Of a stretch of DNA of 64,000 nt, positions 49,726-60,424 are shown one piece after another. The position numbers and the translations under genes were made by a program. The number at the start of each line of letters is the position of its first letter. The first letter of the stretch is position 1. The stretch spans positions 1,952,001 through 2,016,000 of the forward strand of contig OZ219754.1 of NCBI GenBank assembly GCA_964291295.2, given 5' to 3'. This DNA comes from an uncultured Candidatus Binatia bacterium. Its GTDB lineage: Bacteria > Desulfobacterota > Binatia > UBA9968 > JAJDTQ01. The notes beneath the pieces are model-generated. The model was not told where the DNA came from. It was given only the letters and a program-made list of their open reading frames with translations, and did not search any database.

Positions 49726-50469
49726 CTATTCGTACCTCCCGTCCCTGGCGAGGACGAGCTTTCCCTCTTCATGGTGGAAGCATCGCCCCGAATCCTCCAT
49801 GGGCAGCTGGGCCGCCAGCACGAACCCCCGCCCCAGGATCTCCGGGGTCGGGAGCCGCGTGAAGGCGTCCTCGGGCGCGCCCTCGGTAACGATGGGAACG
49901 CGCGGCGAGAACGTCACCACGCAAATGTTGGCTCCCCGCACTTCCTCGGCGAGATAGCGGCTGAAGGTCCAGATGGCGTCCTTGGTGGCCACGTAGGCGC
50001 AGGCACCGCCGGGCGTGATGCCGCCGCCGCCGTAGAGATTGATGATGTGTCCGGAGCGACGCGGCTCCATGTGCGCGAGGGCGTGCTTCGAGCACAGGAA
50101 AGTGCCGCCCAGGTTGGTCTGGATGACCCGGTCCCAGAAGGCCAGGTCCATGTCCCGGATCAGCGGCCAGCGGGGGATGCCCCAAGCGAAATGCGGCACG
50201 ATGGCGGCGTCGTTCACCAGCACGTCGATGTGGCCGAACCGCGCCGCCGCCTGCTCGAATGCCCGCCGCACCGCCTGTTCGTCGCGCACATCCGCGTGGA
50301 CGCGGAGGGCCTCGGTCATCCCGTCCAGTTCCGGGCCGGTCTTGTCGAGCCATTCCCGGCTCACGTCGATGATGACCACCTTGGCCTTCTCCCGTGCGAA
50401 GGTCAGCGCGGCATGGCGTCCGATGCCCTTGCCGCCTCCGGTCACCACGACCACCTTGTCTTCAAGCAT
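49726..50469 (-). CDS. Short-chain dehydrogenase/reductase (atypical active site)
   Basis: TGGGKGIG, DVLVNDAA and YVATK; RBS AAGGAGG before ATG 50469. Confidence 0.85.
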   Translation of the reverse strand: MLEDKVVVVTGGGKGIGRHAALTFAREKAKVVIIDVSREWLDKTGPELDGMTEALRVHADVRDEQAVRRAFEQAAARFGHIDVLVNDAAIVPHFAWGIPRWPLIRDMDLAFWDRVIQTNLGGTFLCSKHALAHMEPRRSGHIINLYGGGGITPGGACAYVATKDAIWTFSRYLAEEVRGANICVVTFSPRVPIVTEGAPEDAFTRLPTPEILGRGFVLAAQLPMEDSGRCFHHEEGKLVLARDGRYE

Positions 50470-50577
50470 TACCGATCCTCCTTCAGGTCTGGCGACGGCG
50501 TCCCGCGCCTTCCCGCCAGGGTGGCACATGGACCTTCCCGCCCGATTGCGGGGTGGGGCAGGGGAGCGCTCACGCCG

Positions 50578-52851
50578 TCAAGGGCCGTGGCGTTTCGCCG
50601 TGGCCTGCCCACCCCGGTGCCGCAGGCCACGGTATACTTTCTCCGCGCTGACCGGGATCTCGAAGAGACGCACGCCGACGGCGTCGGCCACGGCGTTGGC
50701 GATGGCGGCCGGTGCCGCGTTGTTGGCGAACTCTCCGATGGCCCTGCCACCGTGTGGTGCCAACCCGCCCTCCGACTCCACCAGCACCGTTTCCAGGGGG
50801 GGTATGTCGCGGATTCCGGGCAGTTTGTACTCTCCCAGGTTGGCGTTGATCACCTTGCCATTGTCCAGCACCAGTTCTTCCATGACGGCCTGCCCCAGGC
50901 CCATCACCACGCCGCCGTCGATCTGTCCCTGATGGGTGACGGGGTTGATGATCGTGCCCACATCGTGGGCGGTGACCATGCGTTCGACTTTCGTGGCGCC
51001 GGTCTCGGGATCCACCGCCACATCGGCCACCTGCGCGCACACGTAAGTGATCTCGTCCCGGTAGGGGAAGTCTTCCTGGACGGTCACGGTGCGGTCGTCC
51101 GGATATCGCGCCGCCACCTGTGCCAGGGACAGGCCCGGGCCGGTCCGGCCGCGGAAGCGGCCGCGTGCGTAGGCGATCTCCGAGGCGTCGCATTCCAGCA
51201 TGCGGGCCGCGTGGCCGGCGAGCCGGGCTTCCAGCCGGTCGCAGGCTTTCTCCACCGCCAGCCCCGCGGTGTAGGTGACCCGGCTGGCTCTGGCACCGGT
51301 ATCGTAGGGGGCGGTATCGGTATCGCCCGTGACCACCCGCACCTGCTCCAGTGCCAGTTGCATGTGCTCCGCCACCAGTTGGCGAAGAATGGTATGCGTT
51401 CCGGTCCCCTGGTCCACCGTGGGGCTCAGCACGGTGAGGGTGCCGTCGGACTCGGCCGTGACCGCGATGCCGGTCTCTCCGCCGGAGATGTGCCGCCCGT
51501 AGATGGCCACGCCCCGGCCCCGGTGGGGGCCGCGCCGCGGACCGTGCCATCCCGACGCCTCCAGTGCCCGGGACAACACCGCATGGATCCGAAGGCCGGG
51601 CAAGCGCTTGCCGATGGCGTCCTCGTCGTTGTCGCGCAGGACGTTGCCGAGCCGGAACGCGCCGGGGTCCATGCCCAGCTCCCGGGCGATGAGGTCGGTG
51701 TGCGACTCCAGCGCGAAGAAGACGGGGATGGAACCGGGGCTCCGATAGTAGCCGCCCGGCGTGGTGTTGGTGTAGACCTGCAGGAACTCGAATGCGGCGT
51801 TCTCCACCCGGTAGAGGCCGCCGGCGTAGTGCCAGGTGGCGAAGGAGGCGCTGGCCTTGAGGCCGCCGTAGGCACCGCCCGCATGCCATGCCTTCAAGCG
51901 GCGGGCGACGATGCGGCCGTCCCGTTTCACGCCGGAGCGGATGGTCACGACCGTGGCCTCGTCCGGGTTGCTGGCGGTCAGCTCCTCGGCATAGGTCATG
52001 ACGACCTTCACCGGCCGCCTGGACTCCCGGGCCAGGAAGAACGCCACCGGCAGGTCCCGGGCGTCGCCCTTGCCACCGAACTCGCCGCCGACGTTCACCG
52101 GATGGACGCGAACGGCGGCATGCGCCACGCCGATGGTGTCGGCCAGCATCCGGCGGGTGCGGAACGGATCCTTGGTGGAGGCCCAGACCTGGATGCGGCC
52201 GTCCGGATCGATGGCGAGCAGCCCGGCGTAGGGCTCCAGATAGCCCTGATGCCGGGCCGGTACGCGGAACGTATGTTCCAGCGCGATGTCGGCCTCGCGG
52301 AAACCCTGCTCCACGTCCCCCTTGCTCCAGGCGAGTCGGGTGAGCCCGTTGCGGACGTCGGTGGCCAGGCGCTCGTGCGGCGCTCCGGCGTAGCCGGCGA
52401 CATCGTCGTGGAGCAGCGGCGCGTCCGGTTCCGTTGCCGCCACCGGATCGAATACCGCCGGAAGGATCTCGTAGTCGACCTCGATGAGTGCCAGCGCGGC
52501 CTCCGCCGCTTCGGGGGTATCCGCCGCCACCGCCGCCACCCGGTCGCCGACATACCGCACCACGTCCCAGCACAGCACCGGCAGGTCCCGGATCTGTTTT
52601 CCCATGAAATGATGGGGGACGTCCTTGCCGGTGACCACGGCGCGGACCCCGGGCGCGTTCCGGGCCGCGGTGGCGTCGATGCCGCGGATACGTGCATGTG
52701 GGTGGGGGCTTCTCAGAATCCTGCCCCAGAGCGTGCCCTCCCGCGGGATGTCCGCGGCGTAGCGGGTCTGCCCCGTGACCTTGTCGGGCCCTTCGGCGCG
52801 CTGCACGGGGGCGCCGACGATGCCGGTGTCCGGTGTCACGAACGGATCCAT
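50578..52851 (-). CDS. Xanthine-dehydrogenase-family molybdopterin-binding large subunit (no adjacent small/medium subunits)
   Basis: KVTG..YAAD, RSPHPHARI, YLEP, GGEFGGK, DQGTG, GQIDGG and IGE; RBS GGAGG before ATG 52851. Confidence 0.9.
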   Translation of the reverse strand: MDPFVTPDTGIVGAPVQRAEGPDKVTGQTRYAADIPREGTLWGRILRSPHPHARIRGIDATAARNAPGVRAVVTGKDVPHHFMGKQIRDLPVLCWDVVRYVGDRVAAVAADTPEAAEAALALIEVDYEILPAVFDPVAATEPDAPLLHDDVAGYAGAPHERLATDVRNGLTRLAWSKGDVEQGFREADIALEHTFRVPARHQGYLEPYAGLLAIDPDGRIQVWASTKDPFRTRRMLADTIGVAHAAVRVHPVNVGGEFGGKGDARDLPVAFFLARESRRPVKVVMTYAEELTASNPDEATVVTIRSGVKRDGRIVARRLKAWHAGGAYGGLKASASFATWHYAGGLYRVENAAFEFLQVYTNTTPGGYYRSPGSIPVFFALESHTDLIARELGMDPGAFRLGNVLRDNDEDAIGKRLPGLRIHAVLSRALEASGWHGPRRGPHRGRGVAIYGRHISGGETGIAVTAESDGTLTVLSPTVDQGTGTHTILRQLVAEHMQLALEQVRVVTGDTDTAPYDTGARASRVTYTAGLAVEKACDRLEARLAGHAARMLECDASEIAYARGRFRGRTGPGLSLAQVAARYPDDRTVTVQEDFPYRDEITYVCAQVADVAVDPETGATKVERMVTAHDVGTIINPVTHQGQIDGGVVMGLGQAVMEELVLDNGKVINANLGEYKLPGIRDIPPLETVLVESEGGLAPHGGRAIGEFANNAAPAAIANAVADAVGVRLFEIPVSAEKVYRGLRHRGGQATAKRHGP

Positions 52852-52942
52852 GCCGGCCTCCGTGTCCTCGGGGGGTAGCTTTTCTCCGCCCGCGACAGGG
52901 GCGGGCGCGGACGGGTTTGAGAACGGCTCACGCACCCGATCG

Positions 52943-54682
52943 TCATGACTCCGGCATGAGCGAGCGCCGGCCGAACCACCAGAAGACCAGGACCAGCGGC
53001 GTCAGCACCACCGTCATCACCAGGGTGACACCCGCCGCCAGGTTGGTGGCACCGGAGAACCAGTAGCTCCAGATCACGGCCGGGAGGGTGATGTTGTCGT
53101 GGCTGATGAGAAAGACCGCAACCGTGAGTTCCCGGTACACCAGTATGGCGGACCAGATCCATACCGACAGGAGCGTCGGCCGCAGCAGCGGCACCAGGAT
53201 CCTCCAGGATGTGCGCGCCGAGGACAGGCCGGCGGTATAGGCGGCCTCCTCAAGCTCCTTGTGTATCTGCAACAGCGAACTGTTGAGTGCCCGGGTGGCG
53301 AAGGCGAGCCGGGAAACCATGTAGACGATGGCGATAAGCCAGACCGAGCCGTAGAGCGGCACGAAGTTCTTGAGCACGAACAGCGACACCAGCAATGCGG
53401 CGATGGCGAGGATGACCTCGGGCAGGGCGTGGGGCAGGAAGGCCCCGAACTCCAGCGCGTAGCGGTAGCGCGAGCCCGAGCGCACGATGAGCCAGGAGAC
53501 GGCAAAGGCCACCAGCAGCGTCACCGACGGCACCAACGCCACCAGCAGCGCGGTGTTCTGGAGGCCGCGCCACACCAGGTTCCAGTCGATGTTGTAGAAC
53601 GCGGCCAGGGACGCCCGGTTGAGCATCGCCCAGGACGGCGGCGCCAGGTAGGGGGAGACCGCGACATAGGCGATCAACAACAGCGGGATCAGCTTCGAGG
53701 CGAGGATGTAGAGGCCGATGAAGCCCCAGCCCGCCAGCCCCCAGCGGCCCAGTTCGATGAGGGTGGGGCGGTAGCCCTTGCCGGTCACCACCTCGTAGCG
53801 GTGGCCCTGGCGCAGCACCGTGCTGTACCACCAGGTGAGCAGCAGCGCCACCCCGATCATCAGCACGCCCAGGGCCGCGGTGATGCCGTGCTCGGGGAAC
53901 TCGTCGTCGCCGGGGTTGGTCTTGAGATAGACGAAGGTGCTGAGCATGTAGACGCGGTTGCCGAGCCCGATGATGGCCGGGATGTCGAAGGTGGCGATGG
54001 CGATGGTGGCCATGTAGATGACCGCGGCGAGAATGGCCGGAAAGGCCAGCGGCAGAGTCACCCGGCGCATGGTGGTGAAGAAGCTCATGCCGTGGATCCT
54101 GGCGGCCTCCTCCAGGGATGGATTCATGGCCCGGAACATCTGGGCGGTGAGGATGAACGCCAGTGCCGCCAGGCTGAGGCCCTGGACAAAGCCCATGCCC
54201 ACCGGGGTCGCGATGTTGATGGGGCCCCCTTCCAGGCCCAACAGGCTCACCAGCCAGCGGTTCAGGAAGCCGATGCGCTGGTGTGCCAGGAAAGTCCAGC
54301 CCATGGCGGTGTAGATGCCCGGGATCAACAGGCCGAGGGTCATGATGGTGTAGACCAGCCCCTTGCCCGGCAGCGTGGTGCGTTCGGTGAGCCAGGCAAT
54401 GGGCAGGCCGATGGCCAGCGCCACCACCGTGGTGGCCGCGGTGAAGATCAGGGTGTTCCAGGTAACCTCGGCAACGAACGGATCGGCCAGGATTTCCCGG
54501 TAGTTTCGGATGGTGTAGGTCGCGTCCGCTGTCCCCAGCATGCCGGTCTGGAAGCTGATCCATGCCAGCACGGCCACCAGCGCCAGGATGACGACCATGG
54601 GCACCAGCGCCAGCCCCAGCATCCAGGGCGGCATCCTGGCGCGGAGCACACGGGGCAACGATGGTTTCAGGACAGCTTCCAT
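52943..54682 (-). CDS. ABC transporter permease, FbpB/ThiP-type (duplicated TMD)
   Basis: Two EAA loops (LEEAARIHG, LEEAAYTAG) and about 12 TM segments; start uncertain. Confidence 0.88.
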   Translation of the reverse strand: MEAVLKPSLPRVLRARMPPWMLGLALVPMVVILALVAVLAWISFQTGMLGTADATYTIRNYREILADPFVAEVTWNTLIFTAATTVVALAIGLPIAWLTERTTLPGKGLVYTIMTLGLLIPGIYTAMGWTFLAHQRIGFLNRWLVSLLGLEGGPINIATPVGMGFVQGLSLAALAFILTAQMFRAMNPSLEEAARIHGMSFFTTMRRVTLPLAFPAILAAVIYMATIAIATFDIPAIIGLGNRVYMLSTFVYLKTNPGDDEFPEHGITAALGVLMIGVALLLTWWYSTVLRQGHRYEVVTGKGYRPTLIELGRWGLAGWGFIGLYILASKLIPLLLIAYVAVSPYLAPPSWAMLNRASLAAFYNIDWNLVWRGLQNTALLVALVPSVTLLVAFAVSWLIVRSGSRYRYALEFGAFLPHALPEVILAIAALLVSLFVLKNFVPLYGSVWLIAIVYMVSRLAFATRALNSSLLQIHKELEEAAYTAGLSSARTSWRILVPLLRPTLLSVWIWSAILVYRELTVAVFLISHDNITLPAVIWSYWFSGATNLAAGVTLVMTVVLTPLVLVFWWFGRRSLMPES

Positions 54683-54721
54683 AGAGGCGGGGTTCTTCCA
54701 GCGGTCTGACGCAGGTGCCGA

Positions 54722-54806
54722 GCCGGATACGGATCCGTATCCGGCAGTCCTTGTCGGCGCGGCGCGGTGGCCGCGGGCCGGTCTTGGACCCGCCCGCGGC
54801 CGCCGC
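54722..54806. repeat. Perfect 24-bp palindrome plus long GC hairpin between SBP and permease genes
   Basis: gccggatacgga|tccgtatccggc (54722-54745); gcggtggccgcgggc...gcccgcggccgccgc (54764-54806). Confidence 0.7.
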
Positions 54807-54882
54807 CACCCGGAGGGGGTCGGGGCCGGCACGCGCCGCCGCCCTGACCGGTGTCTTGCGAGAAGACGCGCTACCGCATGCG

Positions 54883-55980
54883 CTACTTCTTCTGCATGAT
54901 CTGCTCCAGTTCCTTGCGGGTCTTCCGGTAGTCCTTCTGGCTTGCCAGCCACTGGGGCGAGTTCACCACCACCTTGGCGCCGCGGGCGCGGGCGTCGGCC
55001 AGCACCTTCCGTTCGTTGGACTCCGGATAGAGATGGAAGTCGAAGCCGTTGACCTCCCACATCCATTTCTGGCCTTCCGGAGTGTGCAGGTAGGCGACGA
55101 ACAGGGCCGCCGCATTGGGCGACCGGGAGTGCACCGGGACGGCGCCGTAACGGGTGTGCGACACCACCGCCTCGTTCACCACCGAATAGCCCAGGGGCAG
55201 TCCCTGACGCTCGGCCTGGTTCACGTACTGGTCGCCGCAACTGAACACCAGCATGGCAAACTCGCCGCTGGTGAGGCGGTCCACCGTGCCGCACCGTATG
55301 AGGCCGCCGATCTGTTGGGACAGCTTCCTGGCGTAGTCGATCATCACCTCCCGTCCCAGCAGGCTGGGCGTGGCGAACTCACGCAGCCCGGCGACATAGG
55401 GCGTCGAGGCGATCTGGCCTTTCCACTTGGGATCGAGGACGTCGTACATGCTCTTCGGGATGTCGTCACCCTTGACCATTTCGCTGTTGTACATGATGCC
55501 CACCAGGGTCGACGCCGAAGCGAGCCCGATGCCGTTGGCGGGCATGGGATCGAAGCCGGGGTCCGGCGGCAGCATCGGCCGCTCCAGATAGGCCATCCAG
55601 TTCATCGACCGCGTCAGCCCCACCTGGCCCGACTTCAGCATGCCGCCGGAGTTGTTCCAGAGGACGTCGGTGCTGGCCGGCTGCTCCGCCTTCAGCTCCC
55701 GGGTGAGCCGGCCGATCATCTTGGTCATGCTGGGGCCCGGGGTGAACTGCGGCTCGATCCGGGTGCCGTACCTCTTGTTCATGCCGGCGACGAGTTGCGC
55801 GAAGCCCTTGCTGCCGTCGAGGCTGCGCGAGGACCACATGGCCCTGAGGGTGGTCTCCTGCTTCGCGCCCGCCACCAGCTCCTCCAGGGTCTTGGGGGCG
55901 TCCGCCGCGTAGGCGCCCGCCACCATGAACAGGGAACAGAGTGCCGCGGCCCATCGGGGTACGTGTTTGAAACTATCCAT
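54883..55980 (-). CDS. ABC transporter substrate-binding protein (Fe3+/thiamine/polyamine-type cluster)
   Basis: Sec signal (AYA-AD), YN...V, P.S..D.LDPKWKG and PNAAALF..YL..PEGQ; RBS GAGGAGG. Confidence 0.85.
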   Translation of the reverse strand: MDSFKHVPRWAAALCSLFMVAGAYAADAPKTLEELVAGAKQETTLRAMWSSRSLDGSKGFAQLVAGMNKRYGTRIEPQFTPGPSMTKMIGRLTRELKAEQPASTDVLWNNSGGMLKSGQVGLTRSMNWMAYLERPMLPPDPGFDPMPANGIGLASASTLVGIMYNSEMVKGDDIPKSMYDVLDPKWKGQIASTPYVAGLREFATPSLLGREVMIDYARKLSQQIGGLIRCGTVDRLTSGEFAMLVFSCGDQYVNQAERQGLPLGYSVVNEAVVSHTRYGAVPVHSRSPNAAALFVAYLHTPEGQKWMWEVNGFDFHLYPESNERKVLADARARGAKVVVNSPQWLASQKDYRKTRKELEQIMQKK

Positions 55981-56017
55981 CGGTTTCCTCCTCGGTCCGG
56001 GTTTACGACGACGATAC

Positions 56018-56055
56018 CGGGGTACCGTTGCCCAAGCGGGGTACCGTTGCCCAAG
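56018..56055. repeat. Perfect tandem 19-bp direct repeat
   Basis: cggggtaccgttgcccaag x2 (56018-56036 and 56037-56055) between the ATPase and SBP genes. Confidence 0.9.
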
Positions 56056-56074
56056 CCATTGCAAGCAGACTCTC

Positions 56075-57184
<1,110 letters not shown>

Positions 57185-57547
57185 GCGCCCCGTCCGTAAC
57201 CCGATGCAGGGGGTCGTGTCAACCGGTAGACTCCCCCCGGACCATTTGGTAACTAGAGACGATTGCGTAACCGTCATGGCCATGAAGGATCGGCGGCGCC
57301 GTCCCCGGTACGAGCACGAAAAGAGTGCGAACATGTGCGAGTACCGTTTGCGAATGGCGTGCCTGAGTGCCGTGTGCGAATATCGTGAGCGAAACTCGCG
57401 CCCAGGGCGCCTTACGTGGTTCCCGCGAACCCGGGCGGCCGTGGCATAGCCGTCACGCCCCCCGCTCCTGGATTCCCGCCCCGATCGGAGTCGGGGGCCA
57501 TCGCCGACGGGAACGACGGAGACGGGGCGGTGACCCGGAGACCCACT

Positions 57548-58894
57548 TTGCATCAGGACCTGAGAGAATTTCTTGACGTGCTGGAGCGCGAAGATCAGTT
57601 GCTGGAGGTGCATCGGGAGACGGACCCGCGCTTCGAGATTGCCGCCGGCATCCGCAAGAGTTCCGACGTTGGCGGTCCTGCGCTGTTGTTCAACAACGTC
57701 AAGGGCCATCCCGGCTGGCGGGTGCTCGGGGCGCTGTACGCCACCCGCCGGCTGGTGGCGCTGGGACTGGGGGTCGCCGAGGACAGGCTGCTGGAGCGCT
57801 ACCTGACGCTGGAGGACGAGCGCATTCCCTCGGAGTTGGTGTCCACGGGTCCGGTCAAGGAGGTCCGCTGGACCGGCGACGACATCGACTTGGCCAAGAT
57901 TCCCATCGCGGTGCACTCCGAGAAGGACTGCGGTGCCTACGTCACCATCGGCGTCCAGATCGGCAAGGATCCGGACACCCGCACTCCCAATGTCTCCATT
58001 CACCGCATGCTGCGGCTGGGCAAGGACCGGCTGTCGCTGTGGGCACCGCCGGACCACCACCTCGGGCGCATGATCCTCAAGGCCGAGGACCGCGGCGAGG
58101 GGCTGGAGGTGGCCACGGCCATCGGGGTGGACCCGGCCATCATCATCGGCTCCCAAGCGCGGGTGCCCTACGGCGTCGACGAGTTTGCGGTGTCGGGCGG
58201 ACTGCGCGGCGCGCCCGTGCAGTTGACCCGCTGCGACACCATCGACGTGGAGGTGCCCGCCCACGCGGAGGTGGTGATCGAGGGCGTGACGATCCCCGGA
58301 GAGCGGGTGGCGGACGGCCCCTACGGCGAGTACCCCGGCACCTACAGCGAGAGCAAGCAGGCCCCGGTGGTCCAGGTCACCGCCGTCACCATGCGCAAGG
58401 ACCCCATCTACCAGACCTGCCTCACGGGCATGCCGGTGACCGAGAACCACACGCTCATCGAGTGTGCCAACGCGGCGCTGGTTTACCGCACGGTGTCCGC
58501 CATCACGCCGGAAATCAAGGATTGCAGCGTCACCGCCGGCGGCACCTACCGCCACCACGCGGTGGTCGCCATGCGCAAGCGCCACGACGCGGAGGCGCGC
58601 AACGTCATCCTGGCGCTGCTGGCCACCGGCGCCGGCTTCAAGCGGGTGGTGGTGGTGGACGAGGACATCGACGTGCACGATCCGGTGGATGTGGAGTGGG
58701 CGGTCAACACGCGGGTCCAGCCGGACAAGGACCTTGTCGTCGTTCCCAATCTGGCCATGTCGACGCTGGATCCCTCGGCGCCGGCGCCGCGCACCACGGC
58801 CGGGTGGGGCATCGACGCCACCATGCCGCTTCACGACAACGAGTACTACCGCAAGGTCCGGGTGCCCGGCGTGGACAAGGTGGACTACCTCTGA
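57548..58894 (+). CDS. UbiD-family prFMN-dependent (de)carboxylase
   Basis: DLREFL..LE, ALLF.NVKG, NVSIHR, DGPYGEY.G.Y, VVVDEDID..D..DVEWA..TR and GIDAT; TTG start after GGAG. Confidence 0.9.
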   Translation: MHQDLREFLDVLEREDQLLEVHRETDPRFEIAAGIRKSSDVGGPALLFNNVKGHPGWRVLGALYATRRLVALGLGVAEDRLLERYLTLEDERIPSELVSTGPVKEVRWTGDDIDLAKIPIAVHSEKDCGAYVTIGVQIGKDPDTRTPNVSIHRMLRLGKDRLSLWAPPDHHLGRMILKAEDRGEGLEVATAIGVDPAIIIGSQARVPYGVDEFAVSGGLRGAPVQLTRCDTIDVEVPAHAEVVIEGVTIPGERVADGPYGEYPGTYSESKQAPVVQVTAVTMRKDPIYQTCLTGMPVTENHTLIECANAALVYRTVSAITPEIKDCSVTAGGTYRHHAVVAMRKRHDAEARNVILALLATGAGFKRVVVVDEDIDVHDPVDVEWAVNTRVQPDKDLVVVPNLAMSTLDPSAPAPRTTAGWGIDATMPLHDNEYYRKVRVPGVDKVDYL

Positions 58895-58997
58895 GGCGGC
58901 CGGGGCCGATGGGCATCCTTCGAGCGTCCCGGGGCGGCGTCGATGGAACCGCGGTCACGGCCGGATATCCCATGAAGCACAACCCCTCCCGGTGACC

Positions 58998-59867
58998 ATG
59001 AAGCACTTCGAATACCTGGAACCCGTCACGGTCGCCGAAGCCTGCGACCTGCTCCGGCAATACGGTGGCAACGCGCGCGTGTTCGCCGGCGGCAGCTCCC
59101 TCACCATCCTGCTCAAGCAGGGTTTCCTGCAGCCGGAGGCGCTGATCAACATCAAGAAGATCGACGTGTTGCGGCGCATTGAGGAGTCCGGCGACGGCCT
59201 TGTCATCGGTGCGCTGGTGACGCACCGCGACATCGAGACATCCGATCTGCTGGCGGCACGCCTGCCGGTGCTGTGCGAACTGGAGCACGAGGTGGCGAAT
59301 ATCCGGGTGCGCCACATGGCCACGGTGGGCGGTAACATCGCGTCGGGGGAGCCGTTGACCGACCTCCCGTGCGTGTTCATCACGCTGGACGCCACCGTGC
59401 GCATCGCCCATCATGCGGGCGAGCGCACCCTGCCGCTGGAAGACGTGTTCGTGGACTACTACGAGACGCGGTTGCGGGAAGACGAGGTGCTGACACACGT
59501 GGTGATCCCGCCGCTGCCGCCCGGCAGCGCCGTCGACTACGAGCGTTTCTCCAGCAGTTCGGTGGTGGACAAGCCCTGCGTCGGCGTGGCCGTGCGCCTG
59601 TCGGTGGAAGAGGACCGGTGCCGTGACGTCTGCATCGGCCTGGGCTGCGTCGCGCCCCGACCGATGCGTGCGCGGCGCGCCGAGGCGGTGCTGGAGGGCC
59701 AGCCGCTGAACGAGCGGAGCCTGCAAGAGGCCGCCCGGGCTGCCGCCGGGGAGTGCGACCCGATGGACGACCTGCGTGGCTCCGAGCGCTACAAGCGCGA
59801 GATGGTGGCGGTGCTGGTGCGGCGTCTCGCTCCCCGGGTGTACCAGAAGGCGAAGAGCGGCGGCTGA
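58998..59867 (+). CDS. Xanthine-dehydrogenase-family FAD-binding (medium) subunit
   Basis: FEYLEP, AGGSSL, IGALVT, R..ATVGGN and DD.RGS..YKR. Confidence 0.9.
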   Translation: MKHFEYLEPVTVAEACDLLRQYGGNARVFAGGSSLTILLKQGFLQPEALINIKKIDVLRRIEESGDGLVIGALVTHRDIETSDLLAARLPVLCELEHEVANIRVRHMATVGGNIASGEPLTDLPCVFITLDATVRIAHHAGERTLPLEDVFVDYYETRLREDEVLTHVVIPPLPPGSAVDYERFSSSSVVDKPCVGVAVRLSVEEDRCRDVCIGLGCVAPRPMRARRAEAVLEGQPLNERSLQEAARAAAGECDPMDDLRGSERYKREMVAVLVRRLAPRVYQKAKSGG

Positions 59868-59919
59868 AGCCGGGTGGATACGAACGGGGGATGAACCGGG
59901 ACAGGGAGGAGCCTGCGGC

Positions 59920-60381
59920 ATGAAGAAGGTCATCACCATGGAGGTCAACGGCGCGACCCGCCAGCTGGAGGTGGAACCTTGGCGTACGTTGCTGGACGTG
60001 GTTCGGGAAGAGCTGGATCTCACCGGCGCCAAGCTCGGCTGCGACATCCAGGTGTGCGGCGCCTGCACGCTGCTGGTGGACGGCAAGCCGGCAAGCGCCT
60101 GCTCGGTGCTGGCGGTGGATGCCGACGGCCGGCGCATCACCACCGTGGAGGGGTTGGCCGACGGCGACCGGCTGCATCCGCTGCAGGAGTCGTTCATGAA
60201 GCACGGCGCGCTCCAGTGCGGCTATTGCACCTCGGGATTCCTGCTCACCGCCAAGGCCATGCTGGACGAGAATCCCCACCCGGACGACGATCAGATCAAG
60301 AGCTACATGGGCGGCAGCTTCTGCCGCTGCGGCTGCTACCAGGAGATCATGCAGGCCATCCGCGGCGTGGCCCGGGTCTAG
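59920..60381 (+). CDS. Xanthine-dehydrogenase-family 2x[2Fe-2S] (small) subunit
   Basis: GCDIQVCGAC, QCGYCT and CRC; RBS GGAGG. Confidence 0.93.
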   Translation: MKKVITMEVNGATRQLEVEPWRTLLDVVREELDLTGAKLGCDIQVCGACTLLVDGKPASACSVLAVDADGRRITTVEGLADGDRLHPLQESFMKHGALQCGYCTSGFLLTAKAMLDENPHPDDDQIKSYMGGSFCRCGCYQEIMQAIRGVARV

Positions 60382-60424
60382 CGGAGAGACCCGGGCCGCG
60401 CGCGAGGGACCGGAGGAGCGTGTC

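Noticed and set aside
56018-56055. CRISPR array
   Set aside because: Only two adjacent 19-bp copies, with no spacer and no cas genes.
58970-59006. ccatgaagcac repeated before and at the start of the FAD subunit gene
   Set aside because: An 11-bp repeat is too short to interpret; it may be chance or a small duplication scar.
58998-59867. 4-hydroxybenzoyl-CoA reductase beta subunit
   Set aside because: Lacks the Cys-rich 4Fe-4S insertion after the GGN motif.
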